DNA of 64,000 bases from NCBI RefSeq assembly GCF_037042905.1, contig NW_026974140.1, forward strand, positions 994,001-1,058,000. Direction: 5' to 3'. The notes beneath the pieces are model-generated. The model was given only the letters and a program-made list of their open reading frames with translations. It ran no database searches and was not told the DNA's origin. How positions within the stretch are numbered: position 1 is the first letter of the stretch; every line of letters begins with the position of its first letter. A program made the translations under genes and the position numbers. This DNA comes from Lytechinus pictus. Lineage: Eukaryota. Of the stretch, positions 1 through 11,719 are shown piece by piece.

Positions 1-419
1 TTCTCAATGGTGCAACAATCTCACATGATAAACAGTTTTTCCACCAAAATAATCACAAAATCGGCGGGAATTTTTTTTAATTGTATTATGGATTCTCAGA
101 TTACTGATTTGGAGATGTAATCGGAGGAACAAGTGATTAATTTTTCATAACTAGATCTAGTTGTTTCGGCTTTCGTTTGAGTCTTGTTCCTGGCCTTGTT
201 GTGATCGATACGAACTTGAAATGGAATGGGAGATATGCCTGTATGATGCCGCGATGTTTCATCTAATTTTGAAGTTTGACAATGTTTGACTTAGATATTT
301 TATTCATTTCTAAAACATTTTAGTATTTTTAAATTTAAAAAATACATTAAAAAACACCAAATATCATTATGAATTTTGTTAAATGATTGGAGTTTTTGTT
401 TGCTTGAAGTTTGAACTTT

Positions 420-1110
420 TTTGTTCTTACTTTCTTTTCTATCCTTCTTTCCTCATCCTTTTATCCTTCCTGCTTAATTGCCCCTTTTTGTTCCAACTAA
501 CTTTATTTCCCATCTTCCTTTCCTGATCATTTCTCTCTGTGTTCATTTTTCTTTCTTTCCTTAATCGTTTCTTTGCTAATTCCTTCTCCCTTCCTCTCCT
601 TTTTTTCGTTCTTTCTCTCCACCCATTACTTTTTTTCTTTTCTTCTCCCTTCATTCTTTCCTCCCTCTCCTTCATCCTTTCTTTTATTTTTTATTTTATG
701 TTTCCTTCTATTTTTTTCCATTATCCCTTTCTTTCCCTCCCTTCCTTCCTTCCTGTTTTTTTTTTCTTTCTTTCAAAGAATGAAGGACTTTTCTTTCTTT
801 CATTTTTCTTTCCTCCTCCTTTTTTCTTACTTTCTTTTTTTTTTCCTTTCTCTCCTTTATTTCTTTCACATATTTATTCATCTTCCCTTCCTTTCTTTTT
901 CTTTCTTTCTATATTCATTTCAAAGAATGACGGAAACCTTTATTCTTTCTTTCAGCCTTTTATTCTTACTTTCTTTTTATTTTTTTCTTATTTCCTTCAT
1001 TTTCCCCTTCATTTTTTTCTTTCTTTCTTCTCAATTCATCTTTTTTGTTCGTCTTTTCTTTCTCTCCTTCATCATTTCGTTCACCCCCTTTCAATTCCCT
1101 ACATTTTTTT
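420..1110. repeat. Pyrimidine-rich (CT/TTC) low-complexity tract
   Basis: Almost pure C/T on the + strand; it produces the spurious F/L/S-rich ORFs 539..1405 and 573..1121. Confidence 0.9.
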
Positions 1111-1204
1111 CACAAGTCTAACACCGTGTATAGCCTTCTTTGTTGATCTTTTTTATTCTGGCTCGGTCGTTCAGCTCGTGCAGCGTCGATTGTCCCGTAT
1201 TTCA

Positions 1205-1318
1205 TTTTGTGAAATCTGGTCACCCTGGTTTAGACCATGGTCTAAATTTAGACCATGGTTTAAATTTAGACTGTGGTTTAAACCATGGTTTAAAGAAACC
1301 ACCATTTGTGAATCAGGA
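1205..1318. mobile_element. Isolated right end of a PIF/Harbinger-like non-autonomous element
   Basis: accatggt repeats followed by aaaccaccatttgtgaatcagg, resembling the right end of the 52225-60539 element (aaaccacctttgtgaattcgggcc). No left end found in the window. Confidence 0.5.
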
Positions 1319-1340
1319 GGGGGTTTAAACCCATGGGGGG

Positions 1341-1990
1341 TTAATTTCTTTTGTGAATACCGACCTTACAATTTAAACACGTGTAGATCAAGTAATGATC
1401 ACTAATATGGGTTCTTTTTACACCTGTGGAGTTGTGCTCATCCGTACATGTTGAATACATATGATCTATAAGTGTTTTAGAATACTGGGTCACACGAGTA
1501 AGTGATCTGATTAACTGCGACATGAGGGAACCCTGCATAACTGATAAAATGATTTGCGATGCAGAATCTAGATTCTCACAATGTAAGTCACAGTTGAGAT
1601 CGCCTATTACTACTAGTTCACAATCAAGACCTAAAGCTTTACTCATCATCACAGACACTGAATCGGACAAATCAGCTCGAGAGTTTGGGGACGATATAAA
1701 ACACATAATAGAAGAGATGCTCCCTTCCGCAATTTGGTCCTTATCCAAATCGTTTAAGATCCAAAGTCAAGTTCTTTTAAGTGTTGATATGAGAGAGTGT
1801 TTTTTACATTAACCATCACACCCCCACCATGTCTAGTTCTATCTCTCCTGAGCATGTCATAACCATCAATTTTCAGCTTATTGTCACTTACAGAATTGTC
1901 ACAATGGGTCTCAGTAAGAACGATTATATCAAATTGAAATAAAAACTTGAATTCATCTAACTTATTCGGTAAGGAGTTTATAATCAAATT
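1341..1990 (-). pseudogene. Decayed LINE apurinic-like endonuclease (APE) fragment
   Basis: ORFs 1754..1987 (N-SL..K, DIIVLTETH, GYDMLRRDR..GGGV) and 1341..1748 (GDLNCD, TRVT...TLID, SDH) carry the APE motifs, split by a stop or frameshift. Confidence 0.88.
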
Positions 1991-2200
1991 ACAGACTCTT
2001 AGACTGAGTTTTTATGTTAGTGAAATGCTGCCATCGCCGGCCAGTTCAATCTATTCTCCTTTAACGTCAAGATTAGGATTTCTGTCTTCAATGTGAGACT
2101 TAATAATTATGTCACTCAATTCATTATCAGAAGCTAGAGTAAGACCACTTTTCATTACCAACTAAAATTTGTATAATGAAAAATCTTGTCCCATAAATAC

Positions 2201-3686
2201 TCTCCAAGGCCTTTGACACTATAAATCATGAAATACTGCTCTACAAACTTGAAAATTACGGAGTTCGTGGGAAGGCCTTGGAGTGGTTTAGAAACTACCT
2301 CGTAAATCGTAAACAATTCGTAAGCATAAATGAACAAAATTCTTCTCTACAAAATGTTAACTGGGGTGTTCCCCAAGGCAGCCTCCTGGGCCCTCTTTTA
2401 TTTATAATATATATAAATGACATCCAGAACTCCTCTGAAATATTATCTTATGTCCTTTTTTGCAGATGATTCAAATGTACTATACTCTCATCCTAACCCC
2501 GATATTTTAATAAATGTACTGAACACTGAACTAGATAAATTGGTACAATGGATTAGGGCTAACAAATTGTCAATTAATGTACAAAAAACGAAATGCATGC
2601 TTTTTAGCAATTCTTTAGAACAATTGCCATTTATTATCAAATTGGACAATAAAGACATTGAAGTTGTTACTACAACAAAATTTTTAGGTCTCATAATAGA
2701 CAACAAATTATCTTGGAAAACACACATTGACTTTATATGTCGTACAATTTCACGCAATATTGGTGTTATTCAACATTAATTTTACCATACTTAAATTATG
2801 GAGCAATTGTTTGGGGAAATACACACTCAACCTACCTTGATAGAATATTACTTTTACAAAAGAAGGCATTGCGTGTTATTTTCAACTTGTCCTGGAGATC
2901 TCACACAGATGAGTTGTTTTTAACAATAACATTCTAAAAATAAAAACACTGTACCAATATAACTTAGGTCAATTAATGTATCAGTTAAACAATAATATGT
3001 TACCATTCATATTTAATTCTTCATTTAACAAAAACAAAACTCTTCACAAATATCCCACTCGTCAATCAGATGAATTCCATTTACCACTAACCCGGACCAT
3101 CCTTGCAAAATCTATTTTTACTTTTGAAGGCCCTAGACTCTGGGGAACTATTAATAAAAACATCAAAGAATCACCAAGCCTTAATTCTTTCAAATATAAG
3201 TTCAAAAAATTTCTCCAAGATAACCATTGAATTTAACTCTTCATCACTCAAACTCTTGTATTTTTTTAAAATCAAACATGATTATCATGTCACGTACGCT
3301 TTTCCATCTCTTTCGTTTTCCTGTTGATCAACGAGGTCCGTCTGTGAGTGCTGGGGCTGGATTCTGGAGACCTTTAATCTCTCTTTTTCTTATTTCCTTT
3401 TCTATTTTAATTTCCCCTATTTTTTTTTAATTTAACTGGTTCATGCTCAAGTTGTTATTTTGATTTTTATATGCTATGCAACTACAAGAATATTTATTAG
3501 GAGGCTGCACTCTACAAGCTTCGCTTTTTAGCAGCCTCCTCCATTTCCAACCTGATATGTAATAATCTTGAATATAATTTTTGTACAGGAATACTTGAAA
3601 TATGTTTTGTTATTTATATGTTAAAATGTACAAAATAAACTGTAATTGTTGAAAATGGAAATAAACGAAATGAAATGAAATGAAAT
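2201..3686 (+). mobile_element. 5'-truncated L2-group (Crack/Daphne-like) LINE, sibling of the 45895-61184 element
   Basis: Near-identical to the reverse complement of ~45895-47433. RT motifs ([20 protein letters not shown]) with frameshifts; AATAAA followed by a (GAAAT)n tail; possible 7-bp TSD aaatact (2195-2201 / 3683-3689). Confidence 0.93.
3499..3540 (+). other. 3' UTR stem-loop of the LINE (putative ORF2 recognition signal)
   Basis: aggaggctgc...gcagcctcct forms a perfect 10-bp stem and is retained in the second copy (~46042-46085). L2-group LINEs are known to use 3' stem-loops. Confidence 0.7.
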
Positions 3687-3689
3687 ACT

Positions 3690-3817
3690 TGACGAATTCA
3701 ATTTGTCAAGGAAATCTGCTTGCATGACAACTTTATTTGACAAATTCAAAGTTTGTCAAATAAGACCATGCTTTGACGATTTTTTGTTGTCAATTGACTA
3801 GGTATTTTTTAAGAGTG
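3690..3817. mobile_element. Terminal fragment of a CACT-type (EnSpm-like) element
   Basis: ttgaca/tgtcaa subrepeats ending in ttttttaagagtg, the reverse complement of the CACTCTTAAAA terminus at 31477. Confidence 0.4.
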
Positions 3818-3819
3818 TG

Positions 3820-3990
3820 GGTTTCCATGCCTTGGCCTTGAGTATTGAAGCATTGGCCTTGGGTATTAAAGCCTTGGCCTTGGAGGTTTGAGCCCTGACT
3901 ACATCACTGTTAGCAAGTTTTACAGGCCTTGGCCTTGGGTTTCCATGCCTGGGCATTGGCCTTGGAGATTTGAGCCTGACTACAGCACTG
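3820..3990. repeat. Duplicated (GGCCTT)n-rich MITE end
   Basis: Two copies of gggtttccatgcct..ggccttggag.tttgagcc.tgactaca.cactg. Confidence 0.55.
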
Positions 3991-4220
3991 TTGCCCTGAC
4001 ATAATATATTAATATCTTAAGAAATTTTAGCATATAGTCGATTTGACTGTCCCAAAGGCTCAATACACCAACCTAGAAATGTTTTTTCCGATGAAGTTTT
4101 TTTCTTGAATCGTGTTCCTATGGGGTCCTAGAACAAATTCCGCTTGGTTGCCCAAAGTTGCCGTTTGGGCAATTTTGCTAATTTGCATAAATCCAAAATG
4201 GCCGCCACGTGCCATCTTGA

Positions 4221-4802
4221 AGGACAAGTCCACCCCAACAAAAAGTTGACTTGAATAAAAAGAGAAAAATCCAACAAGCATAACACTGAAAATTTCATTA
4301 AAATCGGATGTAAAATAAGAAAGTTATGACATTTTAAAGTTTCGCTTAATTTCACAAAACAGTTATATGCACATCCTGGTCGGTATGCAAATTGGCAGAC
4401 TGATGACATCACCCACTCACTATTTCTTTTGTATTTTATTATATGAAATATGAAATATTCTAATTTTCTCCTCCTTGTCAAGTGAAACAAAGTTTCATTG
4501 CTCCCTGGACATGTTGAATTACCATTGTTTGATACTATATGGTTCAGTCAAGTTGGTCCTTGTCAAATCTATAAAAAAAAATATTGTATAATTCAAACAA
4601 TAAAAAACAAAAGAAATAGTGAGTGATGGACATCATGGACTGACTCACCGTGCATATCACTGTTTTTTGAAAAATAAGCGAAACTTTAAAATGTCATAAC
4701 TTTCTTACTTTACATCCGATTTTGATGAAATTTTCAGCACTATGCTAGTTTGATTTTTCTCTATTTATCCAAGTCAGCATTTGCCTGGGGTGGACTTGAC
4801 CT
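4221..4802. mobile_element. TTAA-inserting MITE with AGG..CCT termini (Kolobok-like), family A
   Basis: aggacaagtccacccc...ggggtggacttgacct, flanked by TTGA and TTAA. The opposite foldback arm shows the empty site (gccatcttaaaaaac). Confidence 0.85.
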
Positions 4803-5346
4803 TTAAAGACTTAACTTTTGAGCTCCTTGCCCCAAAATGATGAGTAATGACTCTTGTTAGGGGTTTAGGGGGTGTAGAATCGATTTCTTTTTATAATTTT
4901 GCAATATAAGGTCATCTTCATGTCAAATCCAAGATGGCCGCCAGATGCCATCTTGAAAAATTGACTATTGATCCCCTTGCCCTAGAATGACGAGTAACAC
5001 ATCTGTTTCGGAGTTTTGGGGATGAAGAATCTATTTCTGCTATCTATTTCGCAATGTAAGGTCATCTTCAGGTCAAATCAAAGATGGCCGCCAGATGACG
5101 CCATTTTGATAAAAAATAACTTCTGAACCCTTTGTCCAAGAATCATGAATAATACCTCTTTTCGTGAGTTATTTTATATGTTGATTCCATTTCTTGTAAT
5201 AATTTTGCAACATATGATCATTCAGATTAAAAAAATGATGGCCGCTAAACGCCAAATAAAAAAAAACTACTTCCCGAGACTACTGAACCTTGAGACTTGA
5301 AGAGGTACTCTCCCAAAAAGTACACGCTGTTCTAAAGAGGGTTACC

Positions 5347-5702
5347 GTTGCTGATGTGGTTTACGGTACACCATGTGGAGTGTTATAGAAACAGTGGAAA
5401 AAAGAAGAAAAAGGAATTGGATAGGCGAGAGAGTGGAAATTTGAGAGTAGAGTATTATTTTCTTGAAAATAACCCTGAAAAGGACTGTAAACCAAAAGAG
5501 ATTAATGAAATTAAAGAAACAGCTTGAGCAGTAGGCTGAATGAGGAGTTGCTGGATTGAGTCGGCGAGTAGAGATGATGAGTAGAAGCAGTAGAGAGACT
5601 CGACGTTTCGGGCAGGTTGATGTCCGTCTTCAGGAGTCTTTTCTTCTTCTTTACACTGCTTCTATAACACTCCACATGGTGTACCTTAAACCACATCAGC
5701 GA
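5347..5702. mobile_element. MITE with ~65-bp TIRs
   Basis: gctgatgtggtttacggtacaccatgtggagtgttatagaa is inverted as ttctataacactccacatggtgtaccttaaaccacatcagc. Confidence 0.75.
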
Positions 5703-6559
5703 TTGTACATGCCACCATGCAAACCTTCAAACAACATCAGTGTTACTGTTATGTAGGAGCTCATGTAATGGTATTTCAGTAAGAATGATTCATTTCTTGA
5801 ATTTCTCAATTTTTAGTGGTCAAGTCAGGTCTCAGATGGTCAGATGGTTGATATATTTCGGCATTAACCGCTCACCTTAGAATGAAACCAATGACCTATT
5901 TCGGGATTTATCATCATTTTCTTTATGTCTAGCCGTATTTTTCTATTGAAAGGACTTCAAAGTATTATTTTTAAATTAAAAAGTGATTTATCCGTATTTT
6001 TCAGAAAATTGGTTAACTTATTACCTTCCTTTATAATAATCATTGGACTTTGACTTGGTCAGCACGATTGCATTTTTTAGCCTCTTGTAGAAGATAAGCT
6101 CCCCAAGACTGATCCTTGGTCACATCATTCCATTAGCACAGTTTGCTACAATGCTGGAACATCTGGTAGCTTACCTCAGTTCCTGTTAGCAGTGGCGTGA
6201 AGCAATTATGATGCGCCTGGCCCTAACACTCATAGGGATCTCCTTCTCCATGCTTCCTCCGTACCAGAGCAGATGGGAAACTCTTCAACATCGACCGGCT
6301 ACGTGCCAAAAAAATGGTCACGATGGTGTCCTCATTCGTGAGATGTTGTACGGCAACGGCGTCGCCCCTGCCTTTCATAAAGAAGCGGGAGTAGGCCTAC
6401 AAGACCTAGTAATACAGCCACCTGTCTTGTGCATGTAAGGAGTTTGGATCACCCATCAGCCTGTAAGATAGAAATCCTGACAGACTCAAGAAACTGACTG
6501 TCCTCCATATATCTCTATCAACAGCATGCACTCGTCTGGTTGTGGTGGACTCCTCACCT

Positions 6560-7260
6560 ACCTTGGATTGACTATCTGTCTCTAGTTCCATTTCACTGGA
6601 CAAGTAGATAAGCACCAGGATGGGAATATCTGTCACAGCCATGGCCAAGCTCCTGAACGGAAATAAGTCCTCGAAAACGTACGCCGATCAAGAAAAGCGG
6701 CTAAACACCTTCCCTGTCAGCTGCCTCGGACGTATACTGCACATGAAATGGCAGGACAGAGTGAAAAATATAAGGCCCTTCAGCGTACGTGCATGCTGGC
6801 ATCACCAGCTTATTCTTGCTCCTTAGTGAAAGGTGCCTCAAGTGGTTGGGGCATGTTCGCCGCATGAAACTTTGGCAAATCCTAGAAGGGATTCGCCAAT
6901 GTAAGGTGAGCTATGTGATTGGTCCACAGATAGATCACACCTTTGTTATAAGCACACCTGCAACCGTGACATAAAACTTGGCCGGCATAAACTCTAGCTT
7001 TTGAAGATGTAGATGATAGTCGCCATCTATGGAGAGCTACTAAGTGCAGGAGTCAATACGTCAAAAAAAAATCAGAATGCTACATTGGCAGGCCAAAGAC
7101 CAAGGAGGAAGGCTAGGACAGCATCACTATTTGTACCTGTCTTAGCGCCATCCTCCTACATCTGTACAAATTTGTTTTAGAGACTGCCACTCTAGAGCGA
7201 AGCTCTACAGCCACTCTCAAAAATGTAAACCCTAGCGACCCTAGAACTGATGCCTACCTA
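6560..7260 (+). pseudogene. Decayed RTE-clade LINE 3' fragment
   Basis: Peptides QEKRLNTF...CLGRILHMKWQDRV and RCLKWLGHVRRM match the RTE ORF C-terminal signature; boundaries approximate. Confidence 0.75.
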
Positions 7261-8591
7261 TCATTGGACACTTTGTTTTAGGAAAAATATGGAGAAAATA
7301 CTTTCAAATTCAAAAAAAGACTTTAAAACCTCTTCAGTACAAAAGTATGGATGGACTTTAAAGAAATAAAAGTACACGCGAAATTGATCATAGCCCAAAC
7401 CTAACGAGGATTCATTCTAAGGTGAGCAATTAATGTCGAACGTCTGACAACATCTCAGATCTGACTTCTAAAAATTGAGAATTAGTTAACGAAATGAGTA
7501 TTCTTAATGAAATCCCCTTACATAAGCTCTTACACTATAAGCCTCGAAAACTAATTTTTCAAGATGGCATTCGGCGGCTATCTTGGATTTGATCTGAAGA
7601 TTATCCTTTATTGCAAAATTACATCAGAAATTGAATCAACATACCAAATGACTCACGAATAAAGTTATTATTCATGATTCTGGGGCAAAGGGTTCAAAAG
7701 TTAATATTTCAAGATGGCGTCATCTGGCGGCCATCTTGGATTTGACCTGAAGATGACCTTATATTGCAAAATAGATAGCAGGAAGAGATTATACACACCC
7801 CAAAACCCCTAAACAAAGGTATTGCTCATCATCCTCGGGCAAGGGGTTCAAATTCAATTTTTCAAAATGGCATCTGGCGGCCATTTTGGATTTGACCTGC
7901 AGATGACCTTATATTGCAAAATAATAATAGAAACGGATTCTACACACGCCTTAACCCATAAAATGAGTTCTTCCTCATCATTTTAGGGCAAGGGGTTCAA
8001 AAGTTAGTTTTTTAAGATGGCATGTGGCGGCCATTTTGGATTTATGCAAATTAGCAAAATTGCCCAAACGGCAACTTTGGGCAACCAAGCTGAATTTGTT
8101 CTAGGACCCCATAGGAACATGATTCAAGAAACAAACTTCATCGGAAAGAACATTTCTAGGTTCGGAAAATGTCAAATCTACTAGATTCAGAAGGATACGT
8201 TTCCCGTTATTTAAATAATGCACACGCGAAACGCGAGCTGGATATTGTCGATGTTCCGACTTAAAATAAATTATGCCAGCGCAAAGCGCGAGTTTAACTT
8301 TTTTATATCCAATCTCATAAGGTATATATTGATCACTTGTTCTAACAACAAGATGCATGTTTTATTACATTTTTACAATTAATGCAAGCGCGGAGCACGA
8401 GCCATTGTCTTCGATAAAATATAATACATCATAAAAAAGAGGATAATCAAAAGGGATCCTGAAAAGGCATCGTTTTGAGGACTTTATTGTATGCACAAAG
8501 AGGAGAGGTACTTTATAAATCAAATAATTTGAGTGCTCAGTGCGAGCTGAAATATCATTCGTATATATACATCATAATTGAATATTTCATT

Positions 8592-9579
8592 TAATAATAA
8601 TAATAATCCGATTTTATATAGCGCTTAATACGTCGAAACGACGTGTCTAAGCGCTTTACTGTCGTGTTGGGATCGGTAATTATAAGAAGGGAAGCGTAAT
8701 GAAGAAACTTTTGAGAAAGTTATACAGTTCAAAGTCACAAAGTATTTAATTATCAATATTCAGCTACAGTTCGAAGTACTTGAAGATTCAGATATAATAG
8801 GAGACGATGAATATAAAATAATTTAGAAGTATAAGATTGAGATTGTGAAGTTAAGATAATATTTGATGGACGTCTAAGTCTTGAAATCAGTCAGTCTATC
8901 TGGATGAGTGTGGGTCTAATATTCTTCTGTATATTATATCTATAATAATCAAGAAGTCTTATTTATATCATTAGGTTTGGGGTTGTAACAATTTAAGGTG
9001 GGAGTGATCTAAACTTGATCTGATTGGTCTACAGGTAACTGTCTATCAAACTTTATCTGGTATAGGGGTGTGGTGATGCTCTGTGTAAGTGACTGGGGCT
9101 GGAAGAGTGAGTCATACTTCTTCCTTGAAGTTAGCTGACGTCACTGAGGGTTGGTCTTTTTATGGTCAATGTTTAGGAGTTAAATGGTATTGGGGGTTTT
9201 GGGAATTCTTAGATGAAATTGGGGGAGTTTGTAAACAAGTGAAGGTGAAGGTGAATGGCTGAAAGGATAACAGGAAGTTAAATACATACTACATAACATT
9301 ACAGATATATCATTACCCGGTCATCGGATTCAATTGGTCATTCCCGCACACATTGTGAGCACATCCTCCACTCCCTGGTGAGTATTCAAGTCAGTCGCCG
9401 ATGGGGCGCTTACACTACTGGACAAGCTACAATGACTTTCACATCCTCCCGGGTACCCATTTAGCACCTGGGTCGAGAGTGGATAAACGATATACCAAAG
9501 GAAGCCAGACCGCTGTGGGATTCGAACACACGACCCTCTGTTTACAAGGCGAGAATCAGAGCCACTACACTACGGCTCC
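8592..9579 (-). mobile_element. tRNA-derived SINE with an L2-type 3' tail (interrupted by a solo LTR)
   Basis: Minus-strand head ggagccgtagtgtagtgg...gttcgaatccc (A and B boxes); core cccaggtgctaaatgggtaccc; tail gtaaagcgct...aagcgctatataa..(tta)n. Confidence 0.85.
8660..9298. mobile_element. Solo LTR (639 bp)
   Basis: Termini TGTCGTGT...ACATAACA; 4-bp TSD TTAC at 8656-8659 and 9299-9302; removing it restores a continuous SINE. Confidence 0.8.
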
Positions 9580-9960
9580 TCCATAAAGCCTCTTGAGCAA
9601 GATATTTATCTTATCGAAGAGGCAATGCGGGCGCAAAGCGCGAGGTAAATTGAGATTTTCTAAGCAATTTTGTATTCGTGATCATAATGCTTATCACGCT
9701 AATACAAAATACTGCTTGCTCGAATCGCGAACAGAATAATCTTTGCATTTCGATTTGAAAATGTATACTGTTAAACCCAGTGTTTTCCTCTTGTTCAAAC
9801 TATTATCTCACTTAACTGACACTGCAAGCACGGAGCGCGAGCGAAATTTTCATTTATAAATAATGGCCAAAAAATGTTCTTCTTGCAATTATTCCCTTCT
9901 CCTTCTTATTTCATTCACGTTTCATCCTCCTCTTTTAGTTTTACTCCTTTCCTTCCTTTG

Positions 9961-11700
9961 TCCGGTACATGTAGATGTCCGGGGGGAGGTGTCCGGTGGA
10001 TGGATGTCCGGGGGTAGATCATGGGCGGAAATCCCAGGGGGACAGGGGGGACGTGTCCCCCCTACTCTAAATAGTAGGGGGGACACAATATCAAATGTCC
10101 CCCCTACTATTTCTTGTCTTTTATGATGGTAAGAAATGCATCATTCTAAATCGAAATAAAACATGTATTTTGGGACGAGTTGGGACGAGATGACCGTACT
10201 TTTGGGATGATAACCTTTTTTTTTGCTTGTCAAATTTTCCCGCCCTTGTCAGATCGGAATTTTTCAGATCGGAATATCAAAGTTTCATGATTTTCATGAT
10301 GAAAGATGTATTTAGAATGCCTAGATTCTAGGTCTAAATATGAAACACGCGCGCGCATGTTTATTCAAATACTCAACTTATTTTCTCTTATTTAAATCAT
10401 TATCCAGTTTCAGATCACAATATCAAAAATTTTCTGCTCGCGCTTTGTGGTCGCATTATTAATGTAGGAAGACCCCCTATAACTCATCCTTTTCATAATT
10501 TACAAAACATTGATTTTGATTGATTTATTTTATTTAAACACGGTAAAAAGCCCTCGATCAGCCTATGGCTGTTTACAAAACATAAACAGAGTGGCCCATT
10601 ATTAGGTCTAAATCTCGAGAAAAAAAATTCTGCTCGCGCTTCGCGCTCGCATCAATTGTTGAATTATATAGCTACCCTGTTCACGATTACAAAAATTGAT
10701 AAAAATTTTCCATTCTTTCTTTAGAAATTTTCAAATTTTTTCAGCTCGCGCTTCGCGCTCGCATTTTTTGATTGTTGAAGTATGTAACACCTTCATGGCT
10801 AAGTGCAAGCAGTCCTTAACAGGTACCTTTTCAACATGTACCAGTTCAAATCGTATATAAAAATTTTCTGCTCGCGCTTTGCGCACGCATTATTAATACT
10901 CATCCTTTTCATGATTTGCAAAACATGAATAGAGTGTCTCGTTCAGTATATATTATAGGACTAAATCTCGAAATTTTCCGCTCGCGCTTCGCGCTCGCAT
11001 CAATTGTCTACTTATATACCTATTCTGCTTGAGTTACAAAAAGTGCTTAGAATTAATATTCTTTAGGTGAAAATGTATTTAAAAAAAAAGCTCGCGCTTC
11101 GCGCTCGCATTATTTGATTGTTAAATGCTAACTGCACGCAGTCTTTAACAGGTATCTTTTGGCAGTTCATTTCTGCTCGCGCTTTGCGTTCGTAGTATTT
11201 TTTTCAGGATAACAAACATTGGCCACAATGTTCAAATTTTAGGAAAAAATACATAAAATTTCCAAAAAATAAGCTCGCGCTCGCATCATATAAATAAGGA
11301 TTATGATATTATATATGAATTTATAAGAATAAAGCTAAGAAGTGACTAATGAGGACTACCCCTTCAAAGAAACAAACAAATCATCTTTGAGCTGCCGATC
11401 GGGGAAAATATGGCTGAAACAAATTTCCGCCCCCCTCCTATTGGCGAAGGCTGGATCCGCCCCTGTGTCCCCCCTACCTTTTGGGAGAGATTTCCGCCCC
11501 TGGGGTAGACATCCGGGGATGGATGTCCGGAGGTTGGATGTCCGGGGGTAGACGTCCGGGGTAGATGTCCGGGGGTGGGCGTCCGGTGTGGATGTCCGGC
11601 TGGGGGATAGATGTCCGGGGGACAGATGTCCTAAGGGGTACTTGTCCCAGGGGGTACTTGTCCTAAGGGGGTTGGATGTCTAGGGGATAGATGTCCTGAT
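9961..11700. repeat. ~14-15-bp minisatellite (gatgtccgggggta) split by a 1.48-kb insertion
   Basis: Units at 9961-10019 resume at 11503-11700. Confidence 0.8.
10020..11502. mobile_element. hAT-like non-autonomous element with 8-bp TSD
   Basis: TIR catgggcggaaatc / gatttccgcccctg; TSD gggtagat / gggtagac; internal array of gctcgcgcttcgcgctcgc units ending in a second TIR-like end, ggatccgcccctg (11465). Confidence 0.82.
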
Positions 11701-11719
11701 ACGCAATAGAAGCAAGAAA

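Larger units (their letters stand above)
4035..8183. mobile_element. Long-TIR foldback DNA element with TAG..CTA termini (Academ-like, non-autonomous)
   Basis: Termini tagtcgatttgac / gtcaaatctacta. Arm 4070-5250 is the reverse complement of 7550-8162 and both contain ~122-bp subrepeats (aaatccaagatggccgccagatg). Inner arms 5750-5890 / 7405-7535 are also inverted. No TSD recognised. Confidence 0.8.
8190..9940. repeat. Diverged remnant of the GCGAGCGCGAAGCGCGAGC-unit repeat family (interrupted by the SINE)
   Basis: Degenerate gcg..agcgcgagc units. 9589-9645 matches 18068-18124 (cct.ttgagcaagatat..atct.atcgaa.aggcaat). Confidence 0.6.

Noticed and set aside
539..1405. 288-aa hydrophobic ORF (and overlapping 573..1121, 439..675)
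   Set aside because: Translation of a CT-rich low-complexity tract plus a TE end; no stop codons is expected from the composition.
6190..6370. cagtggcgt...cgcccctg as a small hAT MITE
   Set aside because: TIR match is short and the flanks (cctgttag / cctttcat) do not form a convincing TSD.
10430..11290. Conserved 19-mer with variable spacers, CRISPR-like
   Set aside because: Spacers are ~100-120 bp and are diverged copies of each other; the array is internal to a MITE.
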